From Candidatus Brocadia sp. (GTDB lineage: Bacteria; Planctomycetota; Brocadiia; Brocadiales; Brocadiaceae): a stretch of 32,000 bases of DNA. The position numbers and the translations under genes are program-made. The notes under the pieces were generated by a model. The model was not told the origin of the DNA. It searched no databases and saw only the letters and a program-made list of their open reading frames with translations. Positions 8,387 to 17,631 of the stretch are shown here, piece by piece (the stretch's first letter is position 1; the number at the start of each line of letters is the position of its first letter). The stretch lies in the NCBI GenBank assembly GCA_021650915.1, contig CP091279.1, forward strand, positions 1-32,000, given 5' to 3'.

Positions 8387-10439
8387 CTACAGACCGACCT
8401 GTCCGGATGCGTAAACCTTGGGCGGCGGTTGTGCAGGAAGCGTTAATCCCAACTGCACCAAAAGGAGTAAAGCGCCCTTCTCCGGCTGGGTATAACGGCT
8501 CATGACAATATGACGGCCATCCGTGGTCGGTAAATGAACGTCTATCATTTGAATGCCCGACAGTTTTTCCAAAATCGCTTCAGACGTCAGCCCTCCGGCC
8601 CTCCCCCGCGCAAGATTGCGCAGTGTCGTGTGGAGACAAAAAGCCAAAAAGGAAACAAAGATATGGGCTTCAATTCTCCGTTCCAATTGATGCCATAGGG
8701 GCGGACGGAAAGAGACCCCTTCAAGTCCTTAAATGCCTGTTCTATCCGTGTCAACAGCAAATAATTTTCCCAGACGGTTTCTGGCGCGGTGGCCTGCATG
8801 TTGGAACGAAGCAAATAACGCCCCTCGCGCCGATACGCCTGCCTCAGGCGTTCCCGATCCAAACTGAACCGGAACGTATTCTCATTGACCGGTTCCTGCG
8901 GTTTGGGAATGGAGATCGTGACCAGTCTGTAGTCTCGTCCGGCTTCTTTCTTTAACGCGCCAATATGCATGAGCAGGTCATCGCGCGTGAGGGCTTTTCG
9001 ATTGCGAAGTTCGCGCAGGCCCATCCACAAACGTCTGAGTCTGCGCCTACGCATGGCACGCTCCTTAGACACCCGGTCATGGCTTTCCACGTAAACGTAA
9101 AACTCCGATTCCTGCCGAAGAACTTTCACGCGGACGCTCTCCCTCGCCCGCATCCAGGTTTGTTCGAGCAGCGGTTTTTCTACTCTCGTCAAATGCCCCT
9201 TCGGAGTACCAACCAAATAATCAATCCCTCGCTCACGCATCTTTTCCAACATCTCCTCCGTTGGAATACCTCTATCCATGAGCCAGGTGCGCCGGAATTT
9301 CCCATACTGCTTTTCAATCCGATCCAGAAATTCCTCCAGCGTTGCGGTGTCTCTGGTATTGCCCGGATACACTTCGTAGGCAACGGGAAATCCTTCCGGC
9401 GTTAACACCAATGCCACTACCACCTGCACGCAATCCGAACGTTTGTCCCGACTATATCCAAACCGTTTCTTACTCCCCGATCCAGTCGGAGGTGGGTCAC
9501 TTTTCAAAATACGTACTCGTCAAATCATACAGCAGCACATCGTACTTCGCCCCAAAGAGCTTGCCCCACTTCTCCTTTAAATAGGCAAACAGCTCGTCCC
9601 GATGCTCAAGCAACAAATCCAAACAACGATACGCCTTGTCCTTCTGCGCCAGGGAATAATCCTCTCCCAGCAGATCGCCTGTTGCGCTCCGCACGTACCA
9701 CTCACGGTGAAAACGAAATTCGCTTCCCGGATCGATCAACCGGTAACAGACAAGCGCCTTCAGTATATTCAACCAGCTTGTCCCCTTCCGGCTTGACGGC
9801 AGACGCATCCTCCAGAATGTGTCCAGTTCCAGCATATTCCATAGCGCGGCACAGCCGCAACCAAATTTCCTTTATGAAAGCGGGGAGATTGCTTCGGAAA
9901 AGGCCCTCGCAATGACACCGGCCATGCACTTTGATGGTACACTGCATGTTGTCATTGCGAGTGAAGCGAAGCAATCTTTCACTCATAAAAAACGGTACCT
10001 CCTGAAAGGGGTTTGTGAAAAAACTCACAGAAAAAAGAAGTTTTTATACAGTAATACTATACATACAATCCCAACCAGCTCGCTCCCCACTCCCGCGGAT
10101 GGCGCAGCTCTATTTTGTCCAATCTCATCCGGACTGTCTCACCATCCGGTATCGGCCTGGCTTCTCGGTCGTCCGGGGAAACAACGCCAGTTGTCTTGGC
10201 CTGGGTTCTTTACCCGACACCGTCTCTATCGTCCGAACCCACCCAGCCCGTTGATTGTCATTGAGTTCTCCCAAAGAGAGAACCTGCCGCTGCACCACCC
10301 TTCTTCCGCTGACCCGGCGGTTCTCTACCATGCTCCAATAACGGTGGGTTTTTCCATCTTTCGTTCGTGTCTTTTCCCGGAGAAGCATGCGAGCATTTTC
10401 GCACTTCCCCCTGCATGCGTCAAGAGGGTAGGTCGGCAC
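8387..10439 (-). pseudogene. IS1634-family transposase, copy A (multiple frameshifts plus nested insertion)
   Basis: The pieces are ORFs 10125..10439, 9497..9835, 8587..9507 and 8387..8686. Family hallmarks are KDGKTHRYWSMVE, YDLTSTYFE and GYSRDKRSDCVQVVVALV. It carries the same lesions as copy B plus a 1-bp deletion. Confidence 0.85.
9841..10065 (+). repeat. Modular miniature element with 89-nt hairpin core, nested in IS1634-like copy A
   Basis: Identical to the nested element in copy B (15732-15956). The hairpin spans 9887-9975. Confidence 0.75.
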
Positions 10440-10750
10440 TACAAGCCGTTTTGAAAATTCACCCCTTGAATATCACGGGTTTCCTGGCGACTCTTGCCCA
10501 AAAATAACCTTTTTTGGGCGCGAATTGCGAAAGTCGGGTTAGGCTGTATCGACGATACCCGAAGAAGCGGTATTATTGATTATGCCAGGATACTTGAGTC
10601 GTATGGGGGAGACAACATAGAAGGAAGGAGATTGTATTGGGAGACGGTCTGCAAGGATATATCGACAGGTATTGACATAAAAGAAGAGGTTGTCGGAGGA
10701 AGCATACTGGAAAGTGATACATTTATCACGTGGGCAAGAGACAAGTTTTT

Positions 10751-12136
10751 AGTAGCGTTGTCAAGTGGAGACCTGAGAAAAGTCCTCCAATGTATAGTTG
10801 TCACGCATCAAAGCCGTTGTAGTAATAGGCAAGCCGAATTTTGGTAACGTTCAGCGCCCCAGCAACACTCCATTTGCTCACATTCACCCGCAGGTTAACC
10901 GTACGCATGACGCGCTCTACTTTACTTGTCGTTCTGCCATTGAGCCTCTTTTCTATCGCCGTAAACATATCAGGCCTGGCATTCTCAAGATAAGACGCGG
11001 TATGAGCATATCCCTTCGACAAACAATACTGAATCACCGCACCCAATCGTTTCCTCTTGGACTCTATCATTTTCTCGATGGTCTTCTGGCAATCAACCAA
11101 TGGCCGTATCGCACAGACCTCCATAAGCTCCGACATCACCTCCAGCCATTCTTTCCCCTTGCTCTTGACCCCATCTTGCCACAATACATACTTTGCCTGA
11201 TACGGAATATGCCACAAACATCGCTGTACAAGCACCTTGATCTTACCTTTCAAACTATCCAAAATAGAGGTGTCTCCATCGGTTATCAAAAGAAACTGGG
11301 AAAACTTCCTGAACACCTTAACACTCTTACCAAACAGCGTATCCCAACTACCGTTGTAATCCCCTATGTCAAGCCCTGCCACTCTCACCCCTCCACCGCT
11401 CTTGTATTGCACAAAGACCTTGAGTTCCTTGCCTCGTTTGGCTATCCCCTTAATCCCTACCCCTGTCCCGTCTGCTTCTCCCAGGGGAAGTCCCTTCTCG
11501 TCGAGTTGAAAATCTATCTCTGCTGCCGTCTTTTGTACCGATTTCCCTATCGTCATCTTGTCTACTGTCCAGCCAAACATCGACACGATCTTCTTCGCTA
11601 CCCGGTAGGTCGTTAACGATCCTACCAGCCCAAGCTTCCGATACGTCTCCGGTGGTATTCGCTTCATCCGCTCCATCCCCAGAAGCTTTCGCGTTATATA
11701 CATCTTATGACCGCACCTCTTGCACTGCACCTGCAACTGCTCTAATCTCAACCACTGAAAGACCGTCAGTATCTTCGTCTCTTTTCCATGCCTCGTCTTC
11801 CAGATAAACTCCTTGTCATTCCCACATTCGTCGCAGCAAAATGGCTTCCGTGATTGCGCCATCGCACTCTCACCAAAACCAACCACGATCTTCTGAATAA
11901 AATCCCTTAATATCTCCGGCAGTATCTTGCAAAATGCCTTGAGAATCGACTCCAGGCTGCCGTCCTTTAATTCAACCCGAATTTGACAACCAAATTCTAT
12001 TGTGATACCATCTGTGCATGGGGTTGCTCCCATATAGCCCTCCTTTTCTTTATGGTTTAGTTTCTTGTATCAAAACTATTTTTTACCATATTTGGAGGGC
12101 TTTTTCTTTAACCAAGTCTCTCTTTTTCTACTCTAC
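10751..12136 (-). mobile_element. ISKra4-family-like IS (1386 bp) with 9-bp target duplication
   Basis: Direct repeat CAAGTTTTT at 10742-10750 and 12137-12145. Removing the element plus one repeat restores the host reading frame. The ends are imperfect and gapped: GTAGcG...GAGAC...GAAAAGtCCTCC versus GTAGaG...GAGAC...GAAAAAGcCCTCC. Confidence 0.7.
10801..12033 (-). CDS. DDE transposase, ISKra4-like (possibly ISLre2/UPF0236-like)
   Basis: Intact 410-aa ORF. N-terminal zinc-ribbon pairs (CCDEC...CKRC) are followed by ADGTGV, ITDGDTS and CLWH motifs, in the order typical of ISKra4-type transposases. The family call is from memory only. Confidence 0.6.
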   Translation of the reverse strand: MGATPCTDGITIEFGCQIRVELKDGSLESILKAFCKILPEILRDFIQKIVVGFGESAMAQSRKPFCCDECGNDKEFIWKTRHGKETKILTVFQWLRLEQLQVQCKRCGHKMYITRKLLGMERMKRIPPETYRKLGLVGSLTTYRVAKKIVSMFGWTVDKMTIGKSVQKTAAEIDFQLDEKGLPLGEADGTGVGIKGIAKRGKELKVFVQYKSGGGVRVAGLDIGDYNGSWDTLFGKSVKVFRKFSQFLLITDGDTSILDSLKGKIKVLVQRCLWHIPYQAKYVLWQDGVKSKGKEWLEVMSELMEVCAIRPLVDCQKTIEKMIESKRKRLGAVIQYCLSKGYAHTASYLENARPDMFTAIEKRLNGRTTSKVERVMRTVNLRVNVSKWSVAGALNVTKIRLAYYYNGFDA

Positions 12137-12752
12137 CAAGTTTTTGCCAGCGAAGTCACGTGAAATACCGACGGTACAGCGGTTAAAAAAATATGTCGCA
12201 AAAGAGGCAATCATTGCCGCACTCTGCAAAGAGGCGAAGAAAAGTATTGATGAAATAAAAAAGAAACGGGGTATAGCAAGGCAAGTGGCGATGGACTTGT
12301 TCTATCGGGTTGGCGGACTCAGCGGGACTGAGATAGGGGAATGATGGGGATAGACTATAGTATCATGAGTGTGGGACGAAAACGATTACGGGAAAGACTG
12401 AAAGGCAACAAGCATCTTTCCCAAATGATCCAAAGAATTGAGATAGATTTGGCAACAATAAAGATTTGACCTTTTCTGCTCCTCATGCTGGCAATTTGCG
12501 AGGATGTGGAATAGGTGGGATGGTTGTGAATGATTTTGGCATTGAACGGATTGTGGTAATGGCGGGTCGCGCTTGCCTTACCTCACATTGATAGATTCAA
12601 TCTGGCAGGCGATGCCATGCCCCACGTAAAAATTGCATGAATACACAAATTGTAGTTGGGCAGGGTGGACATATACGGCTCGTTCACTTTGCTTGTTTTT
12701 TGTGGGCGATGCCCACTGTAGTTGCACAGTCTTAAATATATTGAAAGCCTTT

Positions 12753-13667
12753 TTATTTGTGCCAAAAATCCCGTTTTACCCTTAATGAAAGGTTGATATG
12801 CGGTCGTAGGTAAACAAACCAGAAAATGATACCAATCAGAACAACTCCACCTACAATATTTCCCAAGGTAACGGGTATAAGATTATTTATTAAAAATCCT
12901 TTCCAGGTAAGATGAGAAAGGTCTAATGGTTTTCCCGTCATTTTTTCCGATGCTGCGATTATTGCTTCGTTTTTCCGCAATACGATTCCTGTTGGAATAT
13001 AATACATATTAGAAACACATTGTTCAAACCCACTGGCAACGAAACCGCCTATAGGGAATATGATAGAAATAACCTTGTCCGCCACACTCCTGCCGCTAAA
13101 ACACAGCCAGACCGCGAGACATATTAACGCATTGCAAAGAACTCCTCTGGCAAAGGCATTCATAAAAGACAGGTTGACCTTTTTGTGAGCAATAAGCAAT
13201 GCCTTTGCACCAACCATGTGGTTAAAAAATTCCCATTGCTGCGATTTGTACATCCAGCAGACCATGAGGAGGCAACCTATAAAATTACCAGTATATGAGA
13301 TGATCCAGTTGCTCAGCAATTCACGCGTTGTAATCCTTTTGCTCACATATCCCATTATTATTAAGCAGTTACCGGTAAAAACTTCCGCACCACCGATGAT
13401 AGCCAGAATAAATCCTAATGAATATACTATACCTTCAATGAGAGACGTGAGTCCTAAATGTAATGTAGAATCACTTATTACTAAGGTGGCAAATTGCGCT
13501 CCCAGAGCAAGATAGCTGCCTGCCAGAATACTGAGCATAAATGTCTGGGAAGGGCTTAATTTTGCTTTTACCAATGCGACCCTGTCAATCCGGGCGGCGA
13601 TTTGTGGCGGTGAATAGGCATCCGTAACTTCAGGCCCCGCAGGTTTTGGTATATTATTTTCAGTCAT
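12753..13667 (-). CDS. Formate/nitrite transporter (FNT: FocA/NirC family) channel
   Basis: Six-transmembrane FNT layout with GGAEVFTGN (omega-loop Thr motif) and GFEQCVSNMYYIP, the position of the family GFEHS(I/V)ANM motif. I chose the ATG at 13667 (MTENN...). A TTG at 13682 is an alternative start. Confidence 0.85.
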   Translation of the reverse strand: MTENNIPKPAGPEVTDAYSPPQIAARIDRVALVKAKLSPSQTFMLSILAGSYLALGAQFATLVISDSTLHLGLTSLIEGIVYSLGFILAIIGGAEVFTGNCLIIMGYVSKRITTRELLSNWIISYTGNFIGCLLMVCWMYKSQQWEFFNHMVGAKALLIAHKKVNLSFMNAFARGVLCNALICLAVWLCFSGRSVADKVISIIFPIGGFVASGFEQCVSNMYYIPTGIVLRKNEAIIAASEKMTGKPLDLSHLTWKGFLINNLIPVTLGNIVGGVVLIGIIFWFVYLRPHINLSLRVKRDFWHK

Positions 13668-13705
13668 CGTTGTGATTCTCAAAAGGTATCAATGAATTTT
13701 CCGTG

Positions 13706-13729
13706 CTGTCAGGAGTTTCCTCCTGACAG
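13706..13729 (-). promoter_or_regulatory. Perfect 10-bp stem / GAAA tetraloop hairpin in the ATPase-FNT intercistronic spacer
   Basis: Minus-strand RNA: CUGUCAGGAG-GAAA-CUCCUGACAG. It lies 11 nt after the ATPase stop and 38 nt before the FNT ATG. No U-tract follows. Confidence 0.5.
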
Positions 13730-13739
13730 ACTAAAGTTT

Positions 13740-14200
13740 CTATACAATTGGGATTAGATGCACAAATGCCTCATCGATCGAGAGATTGACTTGCATTCCG
13801 TGGGTAAGCCCAAGCTCCTTGGCCACGATCCGGCTTATCCGTATTTTAAGGACTTCGTGAAGGGTAACTAACACCTTGGTTTCGAGGTCCCTTCCAATAG
13901 GATGAATAGATTCTACCACCCCAGTGAAAACGTTTCTGCCCGGTTGTATACGATGGGTACTAAGATGGATGGCTCCGGGACGAATGCATACCGTTACCTG
14001 ATCTCCTTCTGATAATTTCAAGAGGGTAAATATTTTTAACATAATGTCATTTATCTGAATGGTTACCTTATTCCCAAACGTATGGATGATCTTTCCTTTT
14101 AACACATTCTCCGTGTTCAGAAAGTGTGCAACAAATAGGGTTTTAGGCTTATAGAAAACCTCATCAGGACTCCCGAATTGCTCTATTGTGCCATTGTTTA
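13740..14200 (-). pseudogene. ABC transporter ATPase (ModC/CysA-like), C-terminal fragment with TOBE-like domain
   Basis: It reads NNGTIEQFGSPDEVFYKPKTLFVAHFL... then a TOBE-like tail. It continues exactly from the N-terminal fragment (...EMADRLGIL) once IS copy B and one TA are removed. Confidence 0.85.
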
Positions 14201-14276
14201 ACCCGACTTTCGCAATTCGAGGGGTATGCAACCCTCTGAGCCAGGAAAATCAAGGGGTCATGCAAAAAGGTCGGCA

Positions 14277-16330
14277 CTACAGGCCGACCTGTCCGGATGC
14301 GTAAACCTTGGGCGGCGGTTGTTCAGGAAGCGTTAATCCCAATTGTGCCAAAAGGAGTAAAACGTCCTTCTCCGGCTGGGTATAACGACTCATGACAATA
14401 TGACGGCCATCCGTGGTCGGTAAATGAACGTCTATCATTTGAATGCCCGACAGTTTTTCCAAAATCGCTTCAGACGTCAGCCCTCCGGCCCTCCCCCGCG
14501 CAAGATTGCGCAGTGTCGTGTGGAGACAAAAAGCCAAAAAGGAAACAAAGATATGGGCTTCAATTCTCCGTTCCAATTGATGCCATAGGGGGCGGACGGA
14601 AAGAGACCCCTTCAAGTCCTTAAATGCCTGTTCTATCCGCGTCAACAGCAAATAATTTTCCCAGACGGTTTCTGGCGCGGCGGCCTGCATGTTGGAACGA
14701 AGCAAATAACGCCCCTCGCGCCGATACGCCTGCCTCAGGCGTTCCCGATCCAAACTGAACCGGAACGTATTCTCATTGACCGGTTCCTGCGGTTTGGGAA
14801 TGGAGATCGTGACCAGTCTGTAGTCTCGTCCGGCTTCTTTCTTTAACGCGCCAATATGCATGAGCAGGTCATCGCGCGTGAGGGCTTTTCGATTGCGAAG
14901 TTCGCGCAGGCCCATCCACAAACGTCTGAGTCTGCGCCTACGCATGGCACGCTCCTTAGACACCCGGTCATGGCTTTCCACGTAAACGTAAAACTCCGAT
15001 TCCTGCCGAAGAACTTTCACGCGGACGCTCTCCCTCGCCCGCATCCAGGTTTGTTCGAGCAGCGGTTTTTCTACTCTCGTCAAATGCCCCTTCGGAGTAC
15101 CAACCAAATAATCAATCCCTCGCTCACGCATCTTTTCCAACATCTCCTCCGTTGGAATACCTCTATCCATGAGCCAGGTGCGCCGGAATTTCCCATACTG
15201 CTTTTCAATCCGATCCAGAAATTCCTCCAGCGTTGCGGTGTCTCTGGTATTGCCCGGATACACTTCGTAGGCAACGGGAAATCCTTCCGGCGTTAACACC
15301 AATGCCACTACCACCTGCACGCAATCCGAACGTTTGTCCCGACTATATCCAAACCGTTTCTTACTCCCCGATCCAGTCGGAGGTGGGTCACTTTTCAAAA
15401 TACGTACTCGTCAAATCATACAGCAGCACATCGTACTTCGCCCCAAAGAGCTTGCCCCACTTCTCCTTTAAATAGGCAAACAGCTCGTCCCGATGCTCAA
15501 GCAACAAATCCAAACAACGATACGCCTTGTCCTTCTGCGCCAGGGAATAATCCTCTCCCAGCAGATCGCCTGTTGCGCTCCGCACGTACCACTCACGGTG
15601 AAAACGAAATTCGCTTCCCGGATCGATCAACCGGTAACAGACAAGCGCCTTCAGTATATTCAACCAGCTTGTCCCCTTCCGGCTTGACGGCAGACGCATC
15701 CTCCAGAATGTGTCCAGTTCCAGCATATTCCATAGCGCGGCACAGCCGCAACCAAATTTCCTTTATGAAAGCGGGGAGATTGCTTCGGAAAAGGCCCTCG
15801 CAATGACACCGGCCATGCACTTTGATGGTACACTGCATGTTGTCATTGCGAGTGAAGCGAAGCAATCTTTCACTCATAAAAAACGGTACCTCCTGAAAGG
15901 GGTTTGTGAAAAAACTCACAGAAAAAAGAAGTTTTTATACAGTAATACTATACATACAATCCCAACCAGCTCGCTCCCCACTCCCGCGGATGGCGCAGCT
16001 CTATTTTGTCCAATCTCATCCGGACTGTCTCACCATCCGGTATCGGCCTGGCTTCTCGGTCGTCCGGGGAAACAACGCCAGTTGTCTTGGCCTGGGTTCT
16101 TTACCCGACACCGTCTCTATCGTCCGAACCCACCCAGCCCGTTGATTGTCATTGAGTTCTCCCAAAGAGAGAACCTGCCGCTGCACCACCCTTCTTCCGC
16201 TGACCCGGCGGTTCTCTACCATGCTCCAATAACGGTGGGTTTTTCCATCTTTCGTTCGTGTCTTTTCCCGGAGAAGCATGCGAGCATTTTCGCACTTCCC
16301 CCTGCATGCGTCAAGAGGGTAGGTCGGCAC
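14277..16330 (-). pseudogene. IS1634-family transposase, copy B (two frameshifts plus nested insertion)
   Basis: The N-terminal ORF 16016..16330 stops while another frame continues PDGETVRMRLDKIELRHPREWGASWLGL. The nested element lies at 15732-15956. The middle ORF is 15388..15726. A frameshift in the A4 run (15392-15395) follows YDLTSTYFE. The C-terminal ORF is 14277..15398. Confidence 0.88.
15732..15956 (+). repeat. Modular miniature element with 89-nt hairpin core, nested in IS1634-like copy B
   Basis: The 5' module is ATAGCGCGGCACAGCCGCAACC. The hairpin at 15778-15866 pairs GATTGCTTCG...CTCGCAATGACA with TGTCATTGCGAG...CGAAGCAATC. The 3' module is CACAGAAAAAAGAAGTTTTTATACAGTAATACTATA. 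Boundaries are +/-8 bp. Confidence 0.75.
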
Positions 16331-16432
16331 TACAAGCCGTTTTGAAAATTCACCCCTTGAATATCACGGGTTTCCTGGCGACTCTTGCCCAAAAATAAAC
16401 TTTTTTTGGCGCGAATTGCGAAAGTCGGGTTA

Positions 16433-17051
16433 AAATGCCAAGCCTGTCTGCCATCTCCAGTGTTTCCTGCTGATCGTGCGTAATGTAGACCATCGTGATG
16501 TGTAACTTCTTTTGAAGTTCTTTAAGTTCTGCCTTGATCTTTTGCCGCGTTTCTATATCCAGGGCACTTACTGGTTCATCCAATAATAGGAGTGATGGTT
16601 CAATAATCAATGCCCTTGCCAATGCCACCCTTTGCATCTGCCCTCCACTCAGTTGAGATGGAAAATGATGCTCGAGTCCTTGCAGGCTAAAATCATCAAT
16701 AAATTGTCTGACCCTTGTTTGTATGATATTTTTCGGGACCTTGCGCAGTCGCAACCCAAAGGCAATATTATCAAAGACCGTGTGATTGGGGAAGAGTGCG
16801 TAATTTTGAGGCACATATCCAATATTCCGTTCCCCGGGACTGAGGTTTGTAACGTCTACTCCGTCTATGATTACCCGACCGCTGTCAAATGGCTGCAAGC
16901 CAATGATGCCAAGAAGTAAGGTTGTCTTCCCACCCCCGCTGCTACCAAGGATGATAAATAACTCATTTGAAAAAATTTCAAGTGATAAATTGTCCAAAAC
17001 AGTATGCGGACCAAAGCTTTTGGACACATTGAATAATTGCAATTTATGCAT
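16433..17051 (-). pseudogene. ABC transporter ATPase (ModC/CysA-like), N-terminal fragment
   Basis: Walker A GSSGGGKTT, signature LSGGQMQRVALARAL, Walker B LLLLDEP, H-loop ITHD. The ORF then runs into the IS end (TRLSQFAPKK...). The ATG overlaps the permease stop (ATGCATAA). Confidence 0.9.
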
Positions 17052-17631
17052 GGATTTTCCGTGTCGTTTCCTTAAAGAAGAATTTTATAATGGTCAATAA
17101 GACAAACGTCAGAAATTCAAGGATAATGGCAAGGGCGATGGCCTTATCCATTTCTCCTTTTTGCGTGGCAAAATAGATCAACACCGACATGGTCCCTGTA
17201 GAAGAGGTCATACCTCCCGCAAGGATCAGGGTTGCTCCGATCTCGCCCAAACTCTTCGAAAGGGCCATGATAAGCCCCTTCAGTACACCCCAAATGGAAA
17301 GCGGGAAAGTCAGTTTGTAAAATATCTGGAGGGGGCTTGCGCCCAAGGTATAGGCCACGTTCTCAATGTTTTTATCTACACGATCAAATGCCTCCCGAAC
17401 GAAGCTGATCATGAAGGGAATGCATACAAAGAGTTTGGCCAAGACTACGGCTGCAAAGGTATAAGGCACGTAGATATGAAAATATCCGAAAAATTTACCC
17501 AGAATGCCCGTCCTCGATAATAAGAGCAGAAGAATGAGTGCGTCTACACCAGGCGGGAAAGACAGGGGCAAATCAACCACCACCGTCTCCAGGATACGTT
17601 TTCCCCAAAAGGTCTTTCGAGATAGTATATA
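17044..17631 (-). pseudogene. ABC transporter permease (ModB/CysTW-type), C-terminal fragment
   Basis: It reads LSRKTFWGKRILETVVVDLPLSFPPGV... with an EAA-loop-like segment REAFDRVDKNIENVAYTLGASPLQIFYKLTFPL. It is cut off from its N-terminus by the IS at 17632-19481. Confidence 0.85.

Larger units (their letters stand above)
8311..10539 (-). mobile_element. IS1634-family-like IS, copy A (2229 bp)
   Basis: 19-bp perfect terminal inverted repeats ACCCGACTTTCGCAATTCG, flanked by TA on both sides (8309-8310 and 10540-10541). Colinear with copy B (14201-16430). Copy A has one extra indel (G4 at 8698-8701 versus G5) and ~12 SNPs, almost all within 8311-8505. Confidence 0.9.
10542..12469 (+). pseudogene. 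Decayed RAYT/IS200-like (Y1) transposase-family gene with C-terminal DnaA-C-like HTH; N-terminus lost, interrupted by an IS, frameshifted
   Basis: Exon-like parts are 10542-10750 and 12146-12469. Joined they read ...SILESDTFITWARDKFL-PAKSREIPTVQRLKKYVAKEAIIAALCKE...ARQVAMDLFYRVGGLSGTEIGE. After a frameshift in the GGGG run at 12336-12339 they continue MGIDYSIMSVGRKRLRERL...*. This matches the C-terminal half of COG1943-type proteins as I remember them. Confidence 0.6.
14201..16430 (-). mobile_element. IS1634-family-like IS, copy B (2230 bp), inserted in the ABC ATPase gene
   Basis: Same 19-bp inverted repeats as copy A. Flanked by TA (14199-14200 and 16431-16432), extendable to TTAA on both sides. 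Excision restores GGC ATT TTA AAC AAT GGC (G I L N N G). Confidence 0.92.

Noticed and set aside
9819-10454. 211-aa plus-strand ORF (and its twin at 15710..16345), and other ORFs antisense to the IS1634-like transposase (8965..9405, 14856..15296, etc.)
   Set aside because: These are shadow ORFs on the opposite strand of recognisable transposase coding sequence. They are Pro/Ser-rich and low-complexity, with no family resemblance.
10798-11616. 272-aa plus-strand ORF
   Set aside because: It is antisense to the intact ISKra4-like transposase and is a shadow ORF.
12690-12716. Hairpin GTGGGC-gat-GCCCAC after the FNT gene as its terminator
   Set aside because: On the transcribed (minus) strand the stem is followed by an A-run, not a U-run. 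It is not a canonical intrinsic terminator in either direction.
15732-15956. SD-like AGGAGG plus ATG inside the nested element giving MSERLLRFTRNDN... as a real small protein
   Set aside because: The ATG is absent in copy (c). The peptide is the translation of a palindromic hairpin, and similar RFARNDN-type peptides are, in my experience, spurious calls on repeat DNA.
8311-16430. The two IS1634-like copies as a composite transposon carrying the FNT gene
   Set aside because: Each copy has its own TA flanks. The flanks of copy B reconstruct one ATPase gene, and those of copy A appear to belong to one decayed Y1-like gene. These are therefore independent insertions. The outer flanks do not form a shared duplication.
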